From an uncultured Candidatus Actinomarina sp. (GTDB lineage Bacteria; Actinomycetota; Acidimicrobiia; Actinomarinales; Actinomarinaceae), in NCBI GenBank assembly GCA_902609285.1, contig CACLRL010000003.1:7815-71814 (forward strand): a DNA stretch of 64,000 nucleotides. The letters run 5' to 3'. The position numbers and the translations under genes were made by a program. Position 1 is the stretch's first letter, and every line of letters begins with the position of its first letter. Of this stretch, positions 29,537-39,161 are shown in pieces. The notes beneath the pieces were generated by a model that was not told the origin of the DNA, ran no database searches, and worked only from the letters and a program-made list of their open reading frames with translations.

Positions 29537-30280
29537 TTATTGTGTTATTGCTTCTTCTAGGAGTTTGTTATCTATGTCAAAATTTGCATAAACATTTTGC
29601 ACATCATCCAAATCTTCTAGTGCTTCTATTAATTTAGATAATTTGTTAAATGCATTTACATCTAAATTAATAAAGGTAGATGGTAAATAAGCAATTTCAG
29701 AATTTACTAAATTGAATTCTGAAGATCTGAATAGTTTGTCAATTTTTTGAAATTCAGATGGATTAAATTCAAAGGTTACTCCGTTTTCATTTTCTTGAAT
29801 ATCAACACAGTTATTATCAATTGCAATATCTATAATATCTTCCTCATATTCATCAAATTGGAAAATTGCTTTACGTGCGAACAAGTAATTGACACTTCCT
29901 GGAGATCCAGTACTTCCATCATGTTTATTAAATGTAGCTTTGACGTCTGATGATGTTCTGTTCTTGTTGTCTGTTAAACATTCAACCAATATCGCAACAC
30001 CACTTGGACCATATCCTTCGTACGTAATTTCGTCGTAAACGCCTATTGATGAATCACCGTTTAATCTTTTTAGTGCGTTTTCAATATTCGAATTAGGAAC
30101 GGAATTTGATTTTGCTTTACTAATAGCCTGGTATAAAGATGCATTGTTATTTGGATCAGTACCTCCAGTTTTTCCAGCAACTTCAATTGCTCTTATAAGT
30201 TTTGCAAAAAGTTTGCCTCTTTTAGCATCGTTAGCACCTTTTTTGCGTTTTATCGTAGACCATTTAGAGTGACCTGACAT
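29537..30280 (-). CDS. yebC: YebC/PmpR family DNA-binding transcriptional regulator
   Basis: [28 protein letters not shown] is a typical N-terminus. Confidence 0.9.
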   Translation of the reverse strand: MSGHSKWSTIKRKKGANDAKRGKLFAKLIRAIEVAGKTGGTDPNNNASLYQAISKAKSNSVPNSNIENALKRLNGDSSIGVYDEITYEGYGPSGVAILVECLTDNKNRTSSDVKATFNKHDGSTGSPGSVNYLFARKAIFQFDEYEEDIIDIAIDNNCVDIQENENGVTFEFNPSEFQKIDKLFRSSEFNLVNSEIAYLPSTFINLDVNAFNKLSKLIEALEDLDDVQNVYANFDIDNKLLEEAITQ

Positions 30281-30848
30281 TCAAACCGTCCTTTAGAAAA
30301 TTTTTAAGCCATCCTAGATAAACATTATCATTTGAAAGTTCTGGATGAAATGATAAACCAACAATATTATTTTCATGTATACCAACAACTTCTTCATCAA
30401 TTAATGCAATTGGAGTGACAGTTTTACCGTAAGATATTATTTTTGGTGCCCTGATAAAACAATACATTTCCTTATTATCATTGAAATTAACCAAACCTTC
30501 AAAAGATTCGTTTTGCCGTCCATAAGCATTCCGTTCTACGACTGTATTTAAACAAGAAATTGATGATTGTCCATCAATAACATCATTTGCTAAAAGAATT
30601 AATCCAGCACATGTTCCCAAAGTTGGCATGCCTTCATTTATTTTAATTTTAATGGTTTCGAACAAATCTTCAGTTTTTTGAATTTTCATCATTGTTGTTG
30701 ATTCGCCACCAGGAAGAATTAATGAGTCTATGTTATCAAGATCTGAAACAGATTTAATTAATTGGTATTCTTTATTAATAAGTTCTAGTGATTTTACGTG
30801 ATCAAAAAACGATCCTTGGAGAGCTAATACCCCGGTTTTCATTACCAA
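30264..30848 (-). CDS. pdxT: pyridoxal 5'-phosphate synthase glutaminase subunit
   Basis: Class I GATase (GVLALQG...GTCAG...HPE). Confidence 0.9.
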   Translation of the reverse strand: MVMKTGVLALQGSFFDHVKSLELINKEYQLIKSVSDLDNIDSLILPGGESTTMMKIQKTEDLFETIKIKINEGMPTLGTCAGLILLANDVIDGQSSISCLNTVVERNAYGRQNESFEGLVNFNDNKEMYCFIRAPKIISYGKTVTPIALIDEEVVGIHENNIVGLSFHPELSNDNVYLGWLKNFLKDGLNVRSL

Positions 30849-31726
30849 CCTCTTTTGGCTAGTTTCTCCGTCTCATCTAAGTCGTCAATATTTAGTCCAA
30901 CCATAGGTTCACCAAGTTCTTTGGATACTTCAACAAGTTTTTCTGGATTATCAAAGTTAGTAGTAGCAATCACAATAGCTTCAGCACGTTCTTTTGGATC
31001 ACCACTCTTAAAGATTCCTGAACCAACAAATACACCGTCACAACCAAGCTGCATCATTAAAGCTGCATCAGCAGGTGTTGCTATACCGCCTGCAGCAAAA
31101 TTTACAACAGGTAATTTTTTTGTCTCGTGTATTTCTTTTACAACTTCAAAAGGTGCTCTTATTTCTTTAGCTATTGACATAAGGCTATTTACATCAGCAG
31201 TAATAATTTTGTTTATCCCATCGGTCATACTTCTCATGTGTCTTACAGCTTCAATAACATTACCAGTTCCAGCTTCACCTTTAGTTCTAATCATTGCAGC
31301 ACCTTCACCAATTCTTCTACATGCTTCACCTATATCGGTAGCACCGTTAACAAATGGAGTTTTTATATCATGCTTATATATATGATTTTTATCATCAGCA
31401 GGAGTTAAAACTTCACTTTCATCAATAAAATCTATTCCCAATGATTCAAGCATTTGTGCTTCTACAAAATGACCTATTCTTGCTTTAGCCATTACAGGGA
31501 TAGTTACCGAATCAATAACTTCTTGTATAGTTTCAACAGATGACATCCTGGCTACGCCGCCTTCAGCACGAATATCAGCAGGTATACGTTCTAAGGCCAT
31601 AACAGCTACAGCTCCAGACTTTTCAGCTATAACAGCTTGTTCAGCGTTAACCACATCCATGATGACTCCGCCTTTTAACATTTCTGCTAAACCTTTTTTA
31701 ATTTTAAATGTTGATTCAATTTTCAT
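30842..31726 (-). CDS. pdxS: pyridoxal 5'-phosphate synthase lyase subunit
   Basis: GGVIMDV...[13 protein letters not shown]...KARIGHF is a typical PdxS. Confidence 0.95.
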   Translation of the reverse strand: MKIESTFKIKKGLAEMLKGGVIMDVVNAEQAVIAEKSGAVAVMALERIPADIRAEGGVARMSSVETIQEVIDSVTIPVMAKARIGHFVEAQMLESLGIDFIDESEVLTPADDKNHIYKHDIKTPFVNGATDIGEACRRIGEGAAMIRTKGEAGTGNVIEAVRHMRSMTDGINKIITADVNSLMSIAKEIRAPFEVVKEIHETKKLPVVNFAAGGIATPADAALMMQLGCDGVFVGSGIFKSGDPKERAEAIVIATTNFDNPEKLVEVSKELGEPMVGLNIDDLDETEKLAKRGW

Positions 31727-31740
31727 ATAACTAATAATAA

Positions 31741-32853
31741 CTATATATTTTTATAGACATAAATCCATTTTTGCAATACTTTTTCCATACTGTAATTTTT
31801 AGAAATATAATCGTATTGTTTCGACCAAATTTCACCTAAATTTTCTTCCTTAAGATTACTTATTGTATCTTTAAGATCTTCAAAATTATCATTTGAAAAG
31901 AAAATGCCAGAGTCATTTAACAATTCTTTAAATGCTTTAATATCTGAGCAAATAGCAACATTTCCGTGATTGATTGCCTCTAAAATCGTAATGCCAAAAC
32001 TTTCAGATTTTTTGTTTGGAGCTATGTATATACCAACATTACTAATTATTGATTGTTTATCTATTTCAGATGGACTTATATGGTATATGACAGACTTATT
32101 CACCGTTTTTTCATTAGTAACAGCTATAAACTTAAATTTTGATTCATAATAGTTAGCTAATTGAACAAAAAGTTTTAGATTTTTTCTTTTTTCATTTCTA
32201 CCAATGAACAGAAAGTTGCCATTATCTACGTATCTAATATCTTTATTTATTTGAATCATGTTTGGAATAATTACTATTTCCTTGTTTAATGCCGTAGCAT
32301 TATTTAAAGCTTCACTACTAACAGCGGTTGAATACAATTTTTTATATCTTGTAAATAGATATAAAAACTTCAAACATGAATTTATAAAATTTCCAATATT
32401 TGCATGATGAGTAACAATAATCTTTTTTTTAGTATGTAATCTCCAAAAGAAAAATGGCATGAATGGTTCGTGCACATGTATGACATCAGCCCAAGAAATT
32501 GCTTCCTTAATAATTTTCTTAATAGGGAAAAAGCTTATTGGGTTCTGTGAACCATTAAACGGAATCTTGATAGCATTCCCGATATCATAATCATAAGATG
32601 ATGGACCAAGTATTTTTGTATCGATACCTTTATTAACGAGTCCATTTTTTAATAACTTAACTTGATTTTGAACACCACCAAAATGTTCTAGATCGTAAGG
32701 ACAAACAAGTAAGACTTTAATATTCAGTTGTCCAAATTGGTTGTATAGAGTGCCAATCATTGATGTCCATTGAAAGCAACTCCTCGAAACTATTTGATAA
32801 TGTTTTGAGCCCTTGTTGAATGCTTGTAGCTTCATTTTCAAATAGTGGTACAT
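31741..32853 (-). CDS. pimA: GT4 glycosyltransferase, PimA-like phosphatidylinositol mannosyltransferase
   Basis: [21 protein letters not shown]...IKIPFNGS...IHVHEPF parallels the PimA N-terminus, and there is a C-terminal ...[10 protein letters not shown]. The ORF-track start overlaps the upstream gene by 137 nt, so the true start is probably the internal Met near 32763. Confidence 0.75.
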   Translation of the reverse strand: MYHYLKMKLQAFNKGSKHYQIVSRSCFQWTSMIGTLYNQFGQLNIKVLLVCPYDLEHFGGVQNQVKLLKNGLVNKGIDTKILGPSSYDYDIGNAIKIPFNGSQNPISFFPIKKIIKEAISWADVIHVHEPFMPFFFWRLHTKKKIIVTHHANIGNFINSCLKFLYLFTRYKKLYSTAVSSEALNNATALNKEIVIIPNMIQINKDIRYVDNGNFLFIGRNEKRKNLKLFVQLANYYESKFKFIAVTNEKTVNKSVIYHISPSEIDKQSIISNVGIYIAPNKKSESFGITILEAINHGNVAICSDIKAFKELLNDSGIFFSNDNFEDLKDTISNLKEENLGEIWSKQYDYISKNYSMEKVLQKWIYVYKNI

Positions 32854-33634
32854 AAAAAGGTTTATGAAAATAAAGAATGTAACCTGATGATTTTTTTATC
32901 ATTGCTGTTGGAACTATCGGTACCCCCGTTTTTAAAGATAATGCAACTGGTCCTCTCGGGAATGATGCAATATTAGAGAAAAATTCAACAGCAACGCCAG
33001 ACTTGTTAACACTTCTGTCAGATAACAAACAGATATCTTTCCCACTAATTAATTTCTCTTCAAGGGTATTGAAAGTATTTTGACCTTTTCCACCAATTAT
33101 AATTTCTATACCAAGACTCTCTCTCAATTTTTTAAACCAATTAAGAACATATTTATTTGATAATGGTTCTGCTACAGCTAATAAATCTAAATTAATATTA
33201 TTACCAGCAGGAATGGCAAATTCCCAATTACCCATATGAGGTAATGCAATAATAAGACCAGGATATTGTTTTTTTAGTTTTTTGATATTTTCATAATTAA
33301 CTACTTCAATGTTCTTAGATATGTATTTATCGAAATTGTTATTAGTTAACCAAAGCGTTTCTAACCAGTATCTAGAATAATTAATTTTTACTAACAAAGG
33401 ATCGTATGGTAATTCTTTAGGTTCGAATATTTCTTTTTTTCTTTTATATAGTTTTGCTGAAGTTTTGAATGTAAAAATAAAATATATAAATCCAATTGGA
33501 TAAGAAAGAAATCGAACAAAATTAAATGGCAGGTTTTTTAATACCCCATGAAAAAAACGTATAAACAGATATTGAAAAAGATACATTACAGATGCTTGTA
33601 AAGGATAATAAATCTTTGATAAACTGTAGTCCAT
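32717..33634 (-). CDS. lysophospholipid acyltransferase (HtrB/PatA-like PIM acyltransferase)
   Basis: PHMGNWE (HX4E/D acyltransferase motif). Position between pgsA and pimA as in Mtb Rv2611c. The probable start is Met17 (about 33586), abutting the pgsA stop. Confidence 0.7.
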   Translation of the reverse strand: MDYSLSKIYYPLQASVMYLFQYLFIRFFHGVLKNLPFNFVRFLSYPIGFIYFIFTFKTSAKLYKRKKEIFEPKELPYDPLLVKINYSRYWLETLWLTNNNFDKYISKNIEVVNYENIKKLKKQYPGLIIALPHMGNWEFAIPAGNNINLDLLAVAEPLSNKYVLNWFKKLRESLGIEIIIGGKGQNTFNTLEEKLISGKDICLLSDRSVNKSGVAVEFFSNIASFPRGPVALSLKTGVPIVPTAMIKKSSGYILYFHKPFYVPLFENEATSIQQGLKTLSNSFEELLSMDINDWHSIQPIWTTEY

Positions 33635-34152
33635 AAAATAAAAGTAAAGATATAAACGGATGTAAAAGGTAATGAGAATAGCATGTAAATTACCGCAAAA
33701 ATTACTCTTTCCGGTCTTGCAGCAATGCCTACCTTATTATTTATTCCTAATGCTTCACCTCTTGCTCTCAAATAAGGTACTAGTGTTGATCCTGAAAGTA
33801 CCAAGAAAATAAAAAATAAATGAACTTCTGAATCTGTAAATTTTATAGCTACAACACTCCAAATAAAAAGCTCACCAATTCTATCGATAAATGAATCAAT
33901 TAATGCTCCTTTATTCGACATGGTATCGGTTTTTCTAGCTAATGGACCATCAAGACCATCAATAGCACTACCAAGAAAAATAACAATGGCACCTAAAGTT
34001 TTAAGGTCTATAAATAATAAGTAACATCCTAGAGTTACGACTAACAAACCAATTATTGAAAGTACATTAGGTTTAATACCAATAAATATACAAAATTTTA
34101 TAAAAGGTGAAGCAAACTTTTCAGATTGCTCCTTAAAATACTTCTCAAGCAT
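33586..34152 (-). CDS. pgsA: CDP-alcohol phosphatidyltransferase (phosphatidylinositol synthase-like)
   Basis: DGLDGPLARK...G...D..ID motif, with several TM segments. Confidence 0.8.
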   Translation of the reverse strand: MLEKYFKEQSEKFASPFIKFCIFIGIKPNVLSIIGLLVVTLGCYLLFIDLKTLGAIVIFLGSAIDGLDGPLARKTDTMSNKGALIDSFIDRIGELFIWSVVAIKFTDSEVHLFFIFLVLSGSTLVPYLRARGEALGINNKVGIAARPERVIFAVIYMLFSLPFTSVYIFTFILWTTVYQRFIILYKHL

Positions 34153-34636
34153 CTAATACATCTTCTGTGTAAACGTCGTTAATTAAATTAAGGTTGTAAG
34201 CATTTATCTCAACAATAGATTTTAACTTGGGGGGATTTTCGTGGCTATAGACTATTACAGTCCAAACAGGATTTAAAAATAAAGGTTTTAATTTAAATTC
34301 AAAAGTTAAAGCAATAGAGTAATAACCAATTGAATGTGTAATGATATTTTCAAGATGTTCGATAATAGAATTTTGATTTAATGAAATACGATTATCAATT
34401 AAATATATGAATATGGCTACTAAAAATAATATTAAGGACGTTGTAGCAAAATTTATCCAATCAATAAAAAAATTAAGGAATAAGTTTAAAAATGCTATTA
34501 CTGATACTATGTGTCCAAATCTTCTACGACGAATTGGATCGGGAATAACATAACTACCAACAGCTAGAGAGTTTAAATCGTCTGGTACATTCTGTTTTTG
34601 AACATCCTCTTCATTAATATTTATTCCTTCAGCCAT
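34145..34636 (-). CDS. membrane protein, function unknown (2 TM helices plus C-terminal domain)
   Basis: The ORF is start-overlapped with the thrS stop and followed by pgsA. The hydrophobic segments are IVSVIAFLNLFLNFFIDWI and LILFLVAIFIYLI. Confidence 0.5.
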   Translation of the reverse strand: MAEGININEEDVQKQNVPDDLNSLAVGSYVIPDPIRRRRFGHIVSVIAFLNLFLNFFIDWINFATTSLILFLVAIFIYLIDNRISLNQNSIIEHLENIITHSIGYYSIALTFEFKLKPLFLNPVWTVIVYSHENPPKLKSIVEINAYNLNLINDVYTEDVLDA

Positions 34637-36567
34637 TAGAGTTTAAACTTCGGAACTTTTATAGTATTTTTAATTTGTTTAATTCCATCTTCTAGCTTAA
34701 TATCTTTTTGATTATCTTGATTATGAATATTTAACGCCATTGTTCGCAAACTAACATCTTTTTCTCCAATGATTATTGATACTGGTACTTTATCTTTAGT
34801 TGAGTCGTGAATTTTTTCGCCTAAGCGTATCGATCTATCATCAATTTCAAGTCTCACATTTTTTAGTGATTTTACTATTTCTTCAACATAATTCGTTACT
34901 TCACCGATTGTTAATATTTTTACTTGAACTGGGGCAAGCCAACCTGGGAAATGTCCAGCATAATTTTCAATTAATATTCCAGTGAATCTTTCTATAGAGC
35001 CCAATAATGCTCTATGTATCATGACCGGTCTAATTCGTCTGTTATTTGAATCTACATACTGCAAATCAAAGTTATCTGGTTGTGAAAAATCTACTTGTAT
35101 AGTTGATAATTGCCATCTTCTACCTATTGCATCCTTGACATGAAGATCTATTTTTGGACCATAAAAAGCTCCTTCTCCATGGGCTGTTATATAAGAAATA
35201 TTCTGGTTGTCCAATGCTGAGGCCAAACTATTTGTTGCCCTATCCCAGTCTTCATCATTTCCAATAGATTTTTCAGGCCTAGTTGATAAATCAGCTTCAA
35301 TTGAATCAAATCCAAACGCATTAAGTAGTTTTATTGAAAATGTTAAAAGATTTAAAATTTCTTCTTCGATTTGATCATTAGTACAAAATATATGAGCATC
35401 ATCTTGTGTAAATCCTCTTGCTCTTAACAATCCATGAAGGACACCAGTCTTTTCATATCTGTAAACAGAACCAAGTTCAAAGAAACGTAATGGTAACTCT
35501 TTATATGATCGTATATCACTTTTGTAAATTAAAATATGAAAAGGACAATTCATTGGCTTTAAGTAGTATTCTTCATTCTCATTTTCTTCATTTTTCAACG
35601 GTGGGTACATCCCTTCTTTGTAATAATCAAGATGGCCAGAAGTTTCCCAAAGTATTGAACGTCCAATGTGTGGAGTATATGCATACTCATAACCATTATC
35701 TGCATGAGCTTTCTTTGAATAATCTTCAATATTTTGTCTTAAGATTGATCCTTTAGGTTTCCACAAAAACTGACCTGGACCAATTTCATCAGTATTAACA
35801 AACAAATCTAATTCATTACCAAGTTTTCTGTGATCTCTTTTTTCAGCTTCTTTCTGACGTGCTAAATAATTATCTAAATCATCTTTAGAGAACCATGCGG
35901 TACCATAAATTCTTTGTAGTTGAGGATTTGTTTCTATCCCTCGCCAGTATGCTCCTGCTAATTTAGTTAACTTAAAATATTTAATTTGGCTTGTACTTAA
36001 AACGTGAGGTCCTCTACAGAGGTCTTCAAAGTTTTCATTTTTATAAATGGATATATTATCTCCATCGACACCCTCAGAAGGATCAGCAGTAGTAATTAAT
36101 TCTTGTTTAAACTGCTGATTTGAAAACTTATTTTTAGCATCATCAATTGAAATTTCTTCACGTATAAATAGTTGATTCGCTTTATTAATTCTTCTCATTT
36201 CATTTTCAATTGATGAAAGATCACTTTCTTTAATATTTTCTTCAAACAAAAAATCATAATAAAAGCCGTCTTCTATAGACGGCCCTACTGCAAATTTAGT
36301 CCCTGGAAAAAGATTTAGGACTGCTTGAGCAAGGACATGAGCAGTTGAATGTCTCAGTGTATCTAGAGCATATTGGTCTTGCTTTGTGTAAATTTTACAC
36401 TTTGAATCTTCTGTAATGACGTAGGACAAATCTTTTAACTCTCCATTAACATCAATACATATAGCACTTTTTGCCAAGCTATTACTTATAGATTTAGCTA
36501 TCTCTTTTCCATCAATATCGGATTCAAATTCTTTAATTGACTTATCTGGAAGAGTTATTTTTATCAT
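34636..36567 (-). CDS. thrS: threonine--tRNA ligase
   Basis: 643 aa with an N-terminal TGS, editing-domain HxxxH (HSTAHVL), class II core and an anticodon-binding C-terminus. Confidence 0.95.
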   Translation of the reverse strand: MIKITLPDKSIKEFESDIDGKEIAKSISNSLAKSAICIDVNGELKDLSYVITEDSKCKIYTKQDQYALDTLRHSTAHVLAQAVLNLFPGTKFAVGPSIEDGFYYDFLFEENIKESDLSSIENEMRRINKANQLFIREEISIDDAKNKFSNQQFKQELITTADPSEGVDGDNISIYKNENFEDLCRGPHVLSTSQIKYFKLTKLAGAYWRGIETNPQLQRIYGTAWFSKDDLDNYLARQKEAEKRDHRKLGNELDLFVNTDEIGPGQFLWKPKGSILRQNIEDYSKKAHADNGYEYAYTPHIGRSILWETSGHLDYYKEGMYPPLKNEENENEEYYLKPMNCPFHILIYKSDIRSYKELPLRFFELGSVYRYEKTGVLHGLLRARGFTQDDAHIFCTNDQIEEEILNLLTFSIKLLNAFGFDSIEADLSTRPEKSIGNDEDWDRATNSLASALDNQNISYITAHGEGAFYGPKIDLHVKDAIGRRWQLSTIQVDFSQPDNFDLQYVDSNNRRIRPVMIHRALLGSIERFTGILIENYAGHFPGWLAPVQVKILTIGEVTNYVEEIVKSLKNVRLEIDDRSIRLGEKIHDSTKDKVPVSIIIGEKDVSLRTMALNIHNQDNQKDIKLEDGIKQIKNTIKVPKFKL

Positions 36568-36643
36568 TATATTTTTATATTAATTACGAATATATTCTAC
36601 CGAAGAAACTATAAATTTTATTAACATATGTTTTAATAAATAC

Positions 36644-37210
36644 ATGAAGAAAAATACGGATGTAATAATTAATAAAAATAAAATTGTTGTTGTATTTAAT
36701 AAATTAATAAATAATCAAGTTATTACACTCGAATTTACGCCATTAAATAAATACCAGCTAACTTGTACGAAAATATCTATAACAAATATGTCAAAATCAT
36801 TACATATAAATTCAACAGATTTAAGAAAAATCAATATTCACAATCTTGTTAAAACAAGCATTAAATTGATTGATAAAAATATAAAATTAGAACCTACAAA
36901 ATATAAGAAAATCGGTGCAAAATACTTACCTACACTAAATAATAAGGATTTAATTCAAATTATAAATAAAAATAGTTATAAAAACCGGGATGAATTGTTG
37001 TCTGTATATTCACTTTTATATATAAATTTAGAGAGGGATTTTGGATCAAATATATCTGAAAAGATTTCAAAAAAAGTTAAATATAAAGAAAGTTACGTTA
37101 AAAACTTAACAAAAGAGTGCTTTAAAGATGGATTTCTTGGTAATTCAAAACCTGGTTTAGCTGGTGGAATACTAAGTAATAAAAGTTTAAAAAATCTTAG
37201 TTATTTTTAA
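36644..37210 (+). CDS. hypothetical Lys/Asn-rich protein
   Basis: 188-aa ORF on the opposite strand at the divergence point upstream of thrS. It is extremely AT-rich and no known domain was recognised. Confidence 0.4.
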   Translation: MKKNTDVIINKNKIVVVFNKLINNQVITLEFTPLNKYQLTCTKISITNMSKSLHINSTDLRKINIHNLVKTSIKLIDKNIKLEPTKYKKIGAKYLPTLNNKDLIQIINKNSYKNRDELLSVYSLLYINLERDFGSNISEKISKKVKYKESYVKNLTKECFKDGFLGNSKPGLAGGILSNKSLKNLSYF

Positions 37211-37823
37211 TTGTTATTGAATTAATTATCACATCGCTCAAAGGCTTATCGGATGAATCAGTTTCAACCATAGCTATTTGATCAATTACGTCCAAACCTT
37301 CAGTTACTTTGCCGAAAATAGTGTATTGGTAAGGTAGTGGATAGTCAGTATGCATTATAAAAAATTGGCTCCCATTCGTATTAGGTCCCCTATTTGCCAT
37401 TGCTAATATTCCTTTTTCATAAGGCATTGGATTATCCAATTCATCTCGAAATTCGTATCCTGGATATTTACCCATCTCACCATGACCAGTACCACTAGGA
37501 TCTCCACCCTGAATCATAAAATCTTTAATTACTCGATGAAAAATTATGTTGTTATAATAACCATCTTCAGATAATGCAATGAAGTTATTTACTGTATTTG
37601 GTGCAATGTCTGTAAATAATTCTACAGTCATTAAACCTGAAGTTGTGTTGATCTCCGCAGTATAAGTTTTATTAACATCAATTGAAAATGCAGGTGGATT
37701 TGTGTATGTTTTATCGTATACCATAATTTCTTCCTCCATAGGTGTAGTGTTTATTTCTAAATCACTTTCATTTGTACCACAATAAACGAATACTAAGAAA
37801 ATTAATAAAGAAATTTTTTTCAT
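37197..37823 (-). CDS. peptidyl-prolyl cis-trans isomerase (cyclophilin type), lipoprotein
   Basis: Lipobox signal (LIFLVFVYCG) and cyclophilin motifs (FHRVIKDFMIQGGDP..., GSQFFIMH). Confidence 0.85.
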   Translation of the reverse strand: MKKISLLIFLVFVYCGTNESDLEINTTPMEEEIMVYDKTYTNPPAFSIDVNKTYTAEINTTSGLMTVELFTDIAPNTVNNFIALSEDGYYNNIIFHRVIKDFMIQGGDPSGTGHGEMGKYPGYEFRDELDNPMPYEKGILAMANRGPNTNGSQFFIMHTDYPLPYQYTIFGKVTEGLDVIDQIAMVETDSSDKPLSDVIINSITIKNN

Positions 37824-38212
37824 TATCGTTCTATATTAGTCAATCTTACTGTAGATCTGGCACAGACATCACCATTATTGGATAGGATCGCTTCCCATAT
37901 CTGCGATCTTTTGCCGAGTTTGATTGGCGTTGCTTCACAGATAATGGTTCCATTTCTTACTGCCTTGATAAAATCAGTGTTGTTATTAACACCTACCCAT
38001 TGACCTTCTTGAGTAAAATAAGCTGCATATGAAATAGCTGCTTCTGCCATAGTATCAATCACTCCACCGTGAACCATGCCCATTGGTTGTTTGTGAAATT
38101 CTTCAACATCAAGAGAACTCTTAATATAACTTTCTTTAATTTCCAATATTTTGTGACCTATGAATGGATCAAAAGTGCCTTTAAGGAAGTCATTATGATT
38201 CATATTTTTCAA
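37823..38212 (-). CDS. PaaI/hotdog-fold thioesterase
   Basis: ...HGGVIDTMAEAA...G..W is the PaaI-family signature. 129 aa. Confidence 0.75.
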   Translation of the reverse strand: MKNMNHNDFLKGTFDPFIGHKILEIKESYIKSSLDVEEFHKQPMGMVHGGVIDTMAEAAISYAAYFTQEGQWVGVNNNTDFIKAVRNGTIICEATPIKLGKRSQIWEAILSNNGDVCARSTVRLTNIER

Positions 38213-38771
38213 ACACTTTCTTCAATCGTTGCTCGCCTGTACCTGATACAAACCACCATACGCCAATAAACGTGGTGACCAATAATAAACCGATTATTAC
38301 ATAAAAATAAACTAAACCAAGATTTTTAATATAGATTTGATAAGAGGAAAATAAAAATGTTCCAATGCCATATGCTGTTATAAATAAAGTTACAAAGCTG
38401 AACCATGTAAAGCCCTTACCTAGAATTGCAACAACGATCTTTTTGTCATTAATTGGGAAAAAGTATTCATTTTCTAATTTATGAGCGATAAGAATTTCCT
38501 GATCAAATTCTTTATTTATTTCTGTTTCAATGAACTCTGTATATTGACGCGAAAATATTAAAAAGTAAGCATGAAAACTTAACAAAACTGATCCAAAAAG
38601 AGATATTAAAGGTAATAAATAAAAAGCATTGTCATTTTCAAATGAAAGAAAGATAAAAATTGTATTTAAAATAAATAATACCCTCACATCAAGCAAAAAT
38701 TGATCATGATAATATCGATTCATTGATCGCATTCTGTTTAATTGATCTTTATAAATAGTTATTTTATCCAT
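38193..38771 (-). CDS. membrane protein (possibly a bPH_2/YdbS-like PH-domain protein)
   Basis: Two N-terminal TM helices followed by a soluble region, then two more TM helices. No family could be firmly assigned. Confidence 0.45.
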   Translation of the reverse strand: MDKITIYKDQLNRMRSMNRYYHDQFLLDVRVLFILNTIFIFLSFENDNAFYLLPLISLFGSVLLSFHAYFLIFSRQYTEFIETEINKEFDQEILIAHKLENEYFFPINDKKIVVAILGKGFTWFSFVTLFITAYGIGTFLFSSYQIYIKNLGLVYFYVIIGLLLVTTFIGVWWFVSGTGEQRLKKVFEKYES

Positions 38772-39161
38772 TGGTTAAAGTCTATATTGATAATGTTTAA
38801 TATAAAATTACCAATTGGTTTAATTGTATTACTTTTAATAACAATAATTGTTAATGTATTTTCTAATATAACCATTGAATACTACGGAATATCAGTTGAT
38901 ATCTTTAGAACTTACGAAGTACAGTGTGGAAATATATTATCTGTTATTAATACAACTGATATAAGTGAATTTAGTCAAGATTTAAGAGTTAACTGGAATA
39001 CATGTCAACAAAAAGCATATATTGTAATAATCACATCGACAATTAGCTTAATTTTTTTAATTTCTTTATTATTATATTTAATTTACTTATATAAAAATAA
39101 ACCGGCAAGAGATGATATGTCTGACATTTTAGCTTTATTAAAAAGGATAAATAATAAATGA
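38742..39161 (+). CDS. small 2-TM membrane protein with a Cys-containing extracytoplasmic loop
   Basis: Its stop overlaps the start of the LLM gene (ATGA). The probable start is the internal Met (MFNIKLP, about 38793). Confidence 0.5.
   Translation: MIFINSYFIHWLKSILIMFNIKLPIGLIVLLLITIIVNVFSNITIEYYGISVDIFRTYEVQCGNILSVINTTDISEFSQDLRVNWNTCQQKAYIVIITSTISLIFLISLLLYLIYLYKNKPARDDMSDILALLKRINNK

Noticed and set aside
30855-31385. 176-aa plus-strand ORF rich in Ser/Ala/Pro
   Set aside because: It lies entirely antisense within pdxS, the most GC-rich and best-conserved gene here, so it is a typical antisense artefact.
3558-35756. Numerous 60-112-aa ORFs on the plus strand inside minus-strand housekeeping genes (for example 3558-3743, 4263-4535, 6315-6542, 8076-8315, 14325-14588, 18500-18706, 35418-35756)
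   Set aside because: All are embedded antisense in strongly supported genes and have no RBS context or recognisable motifs.
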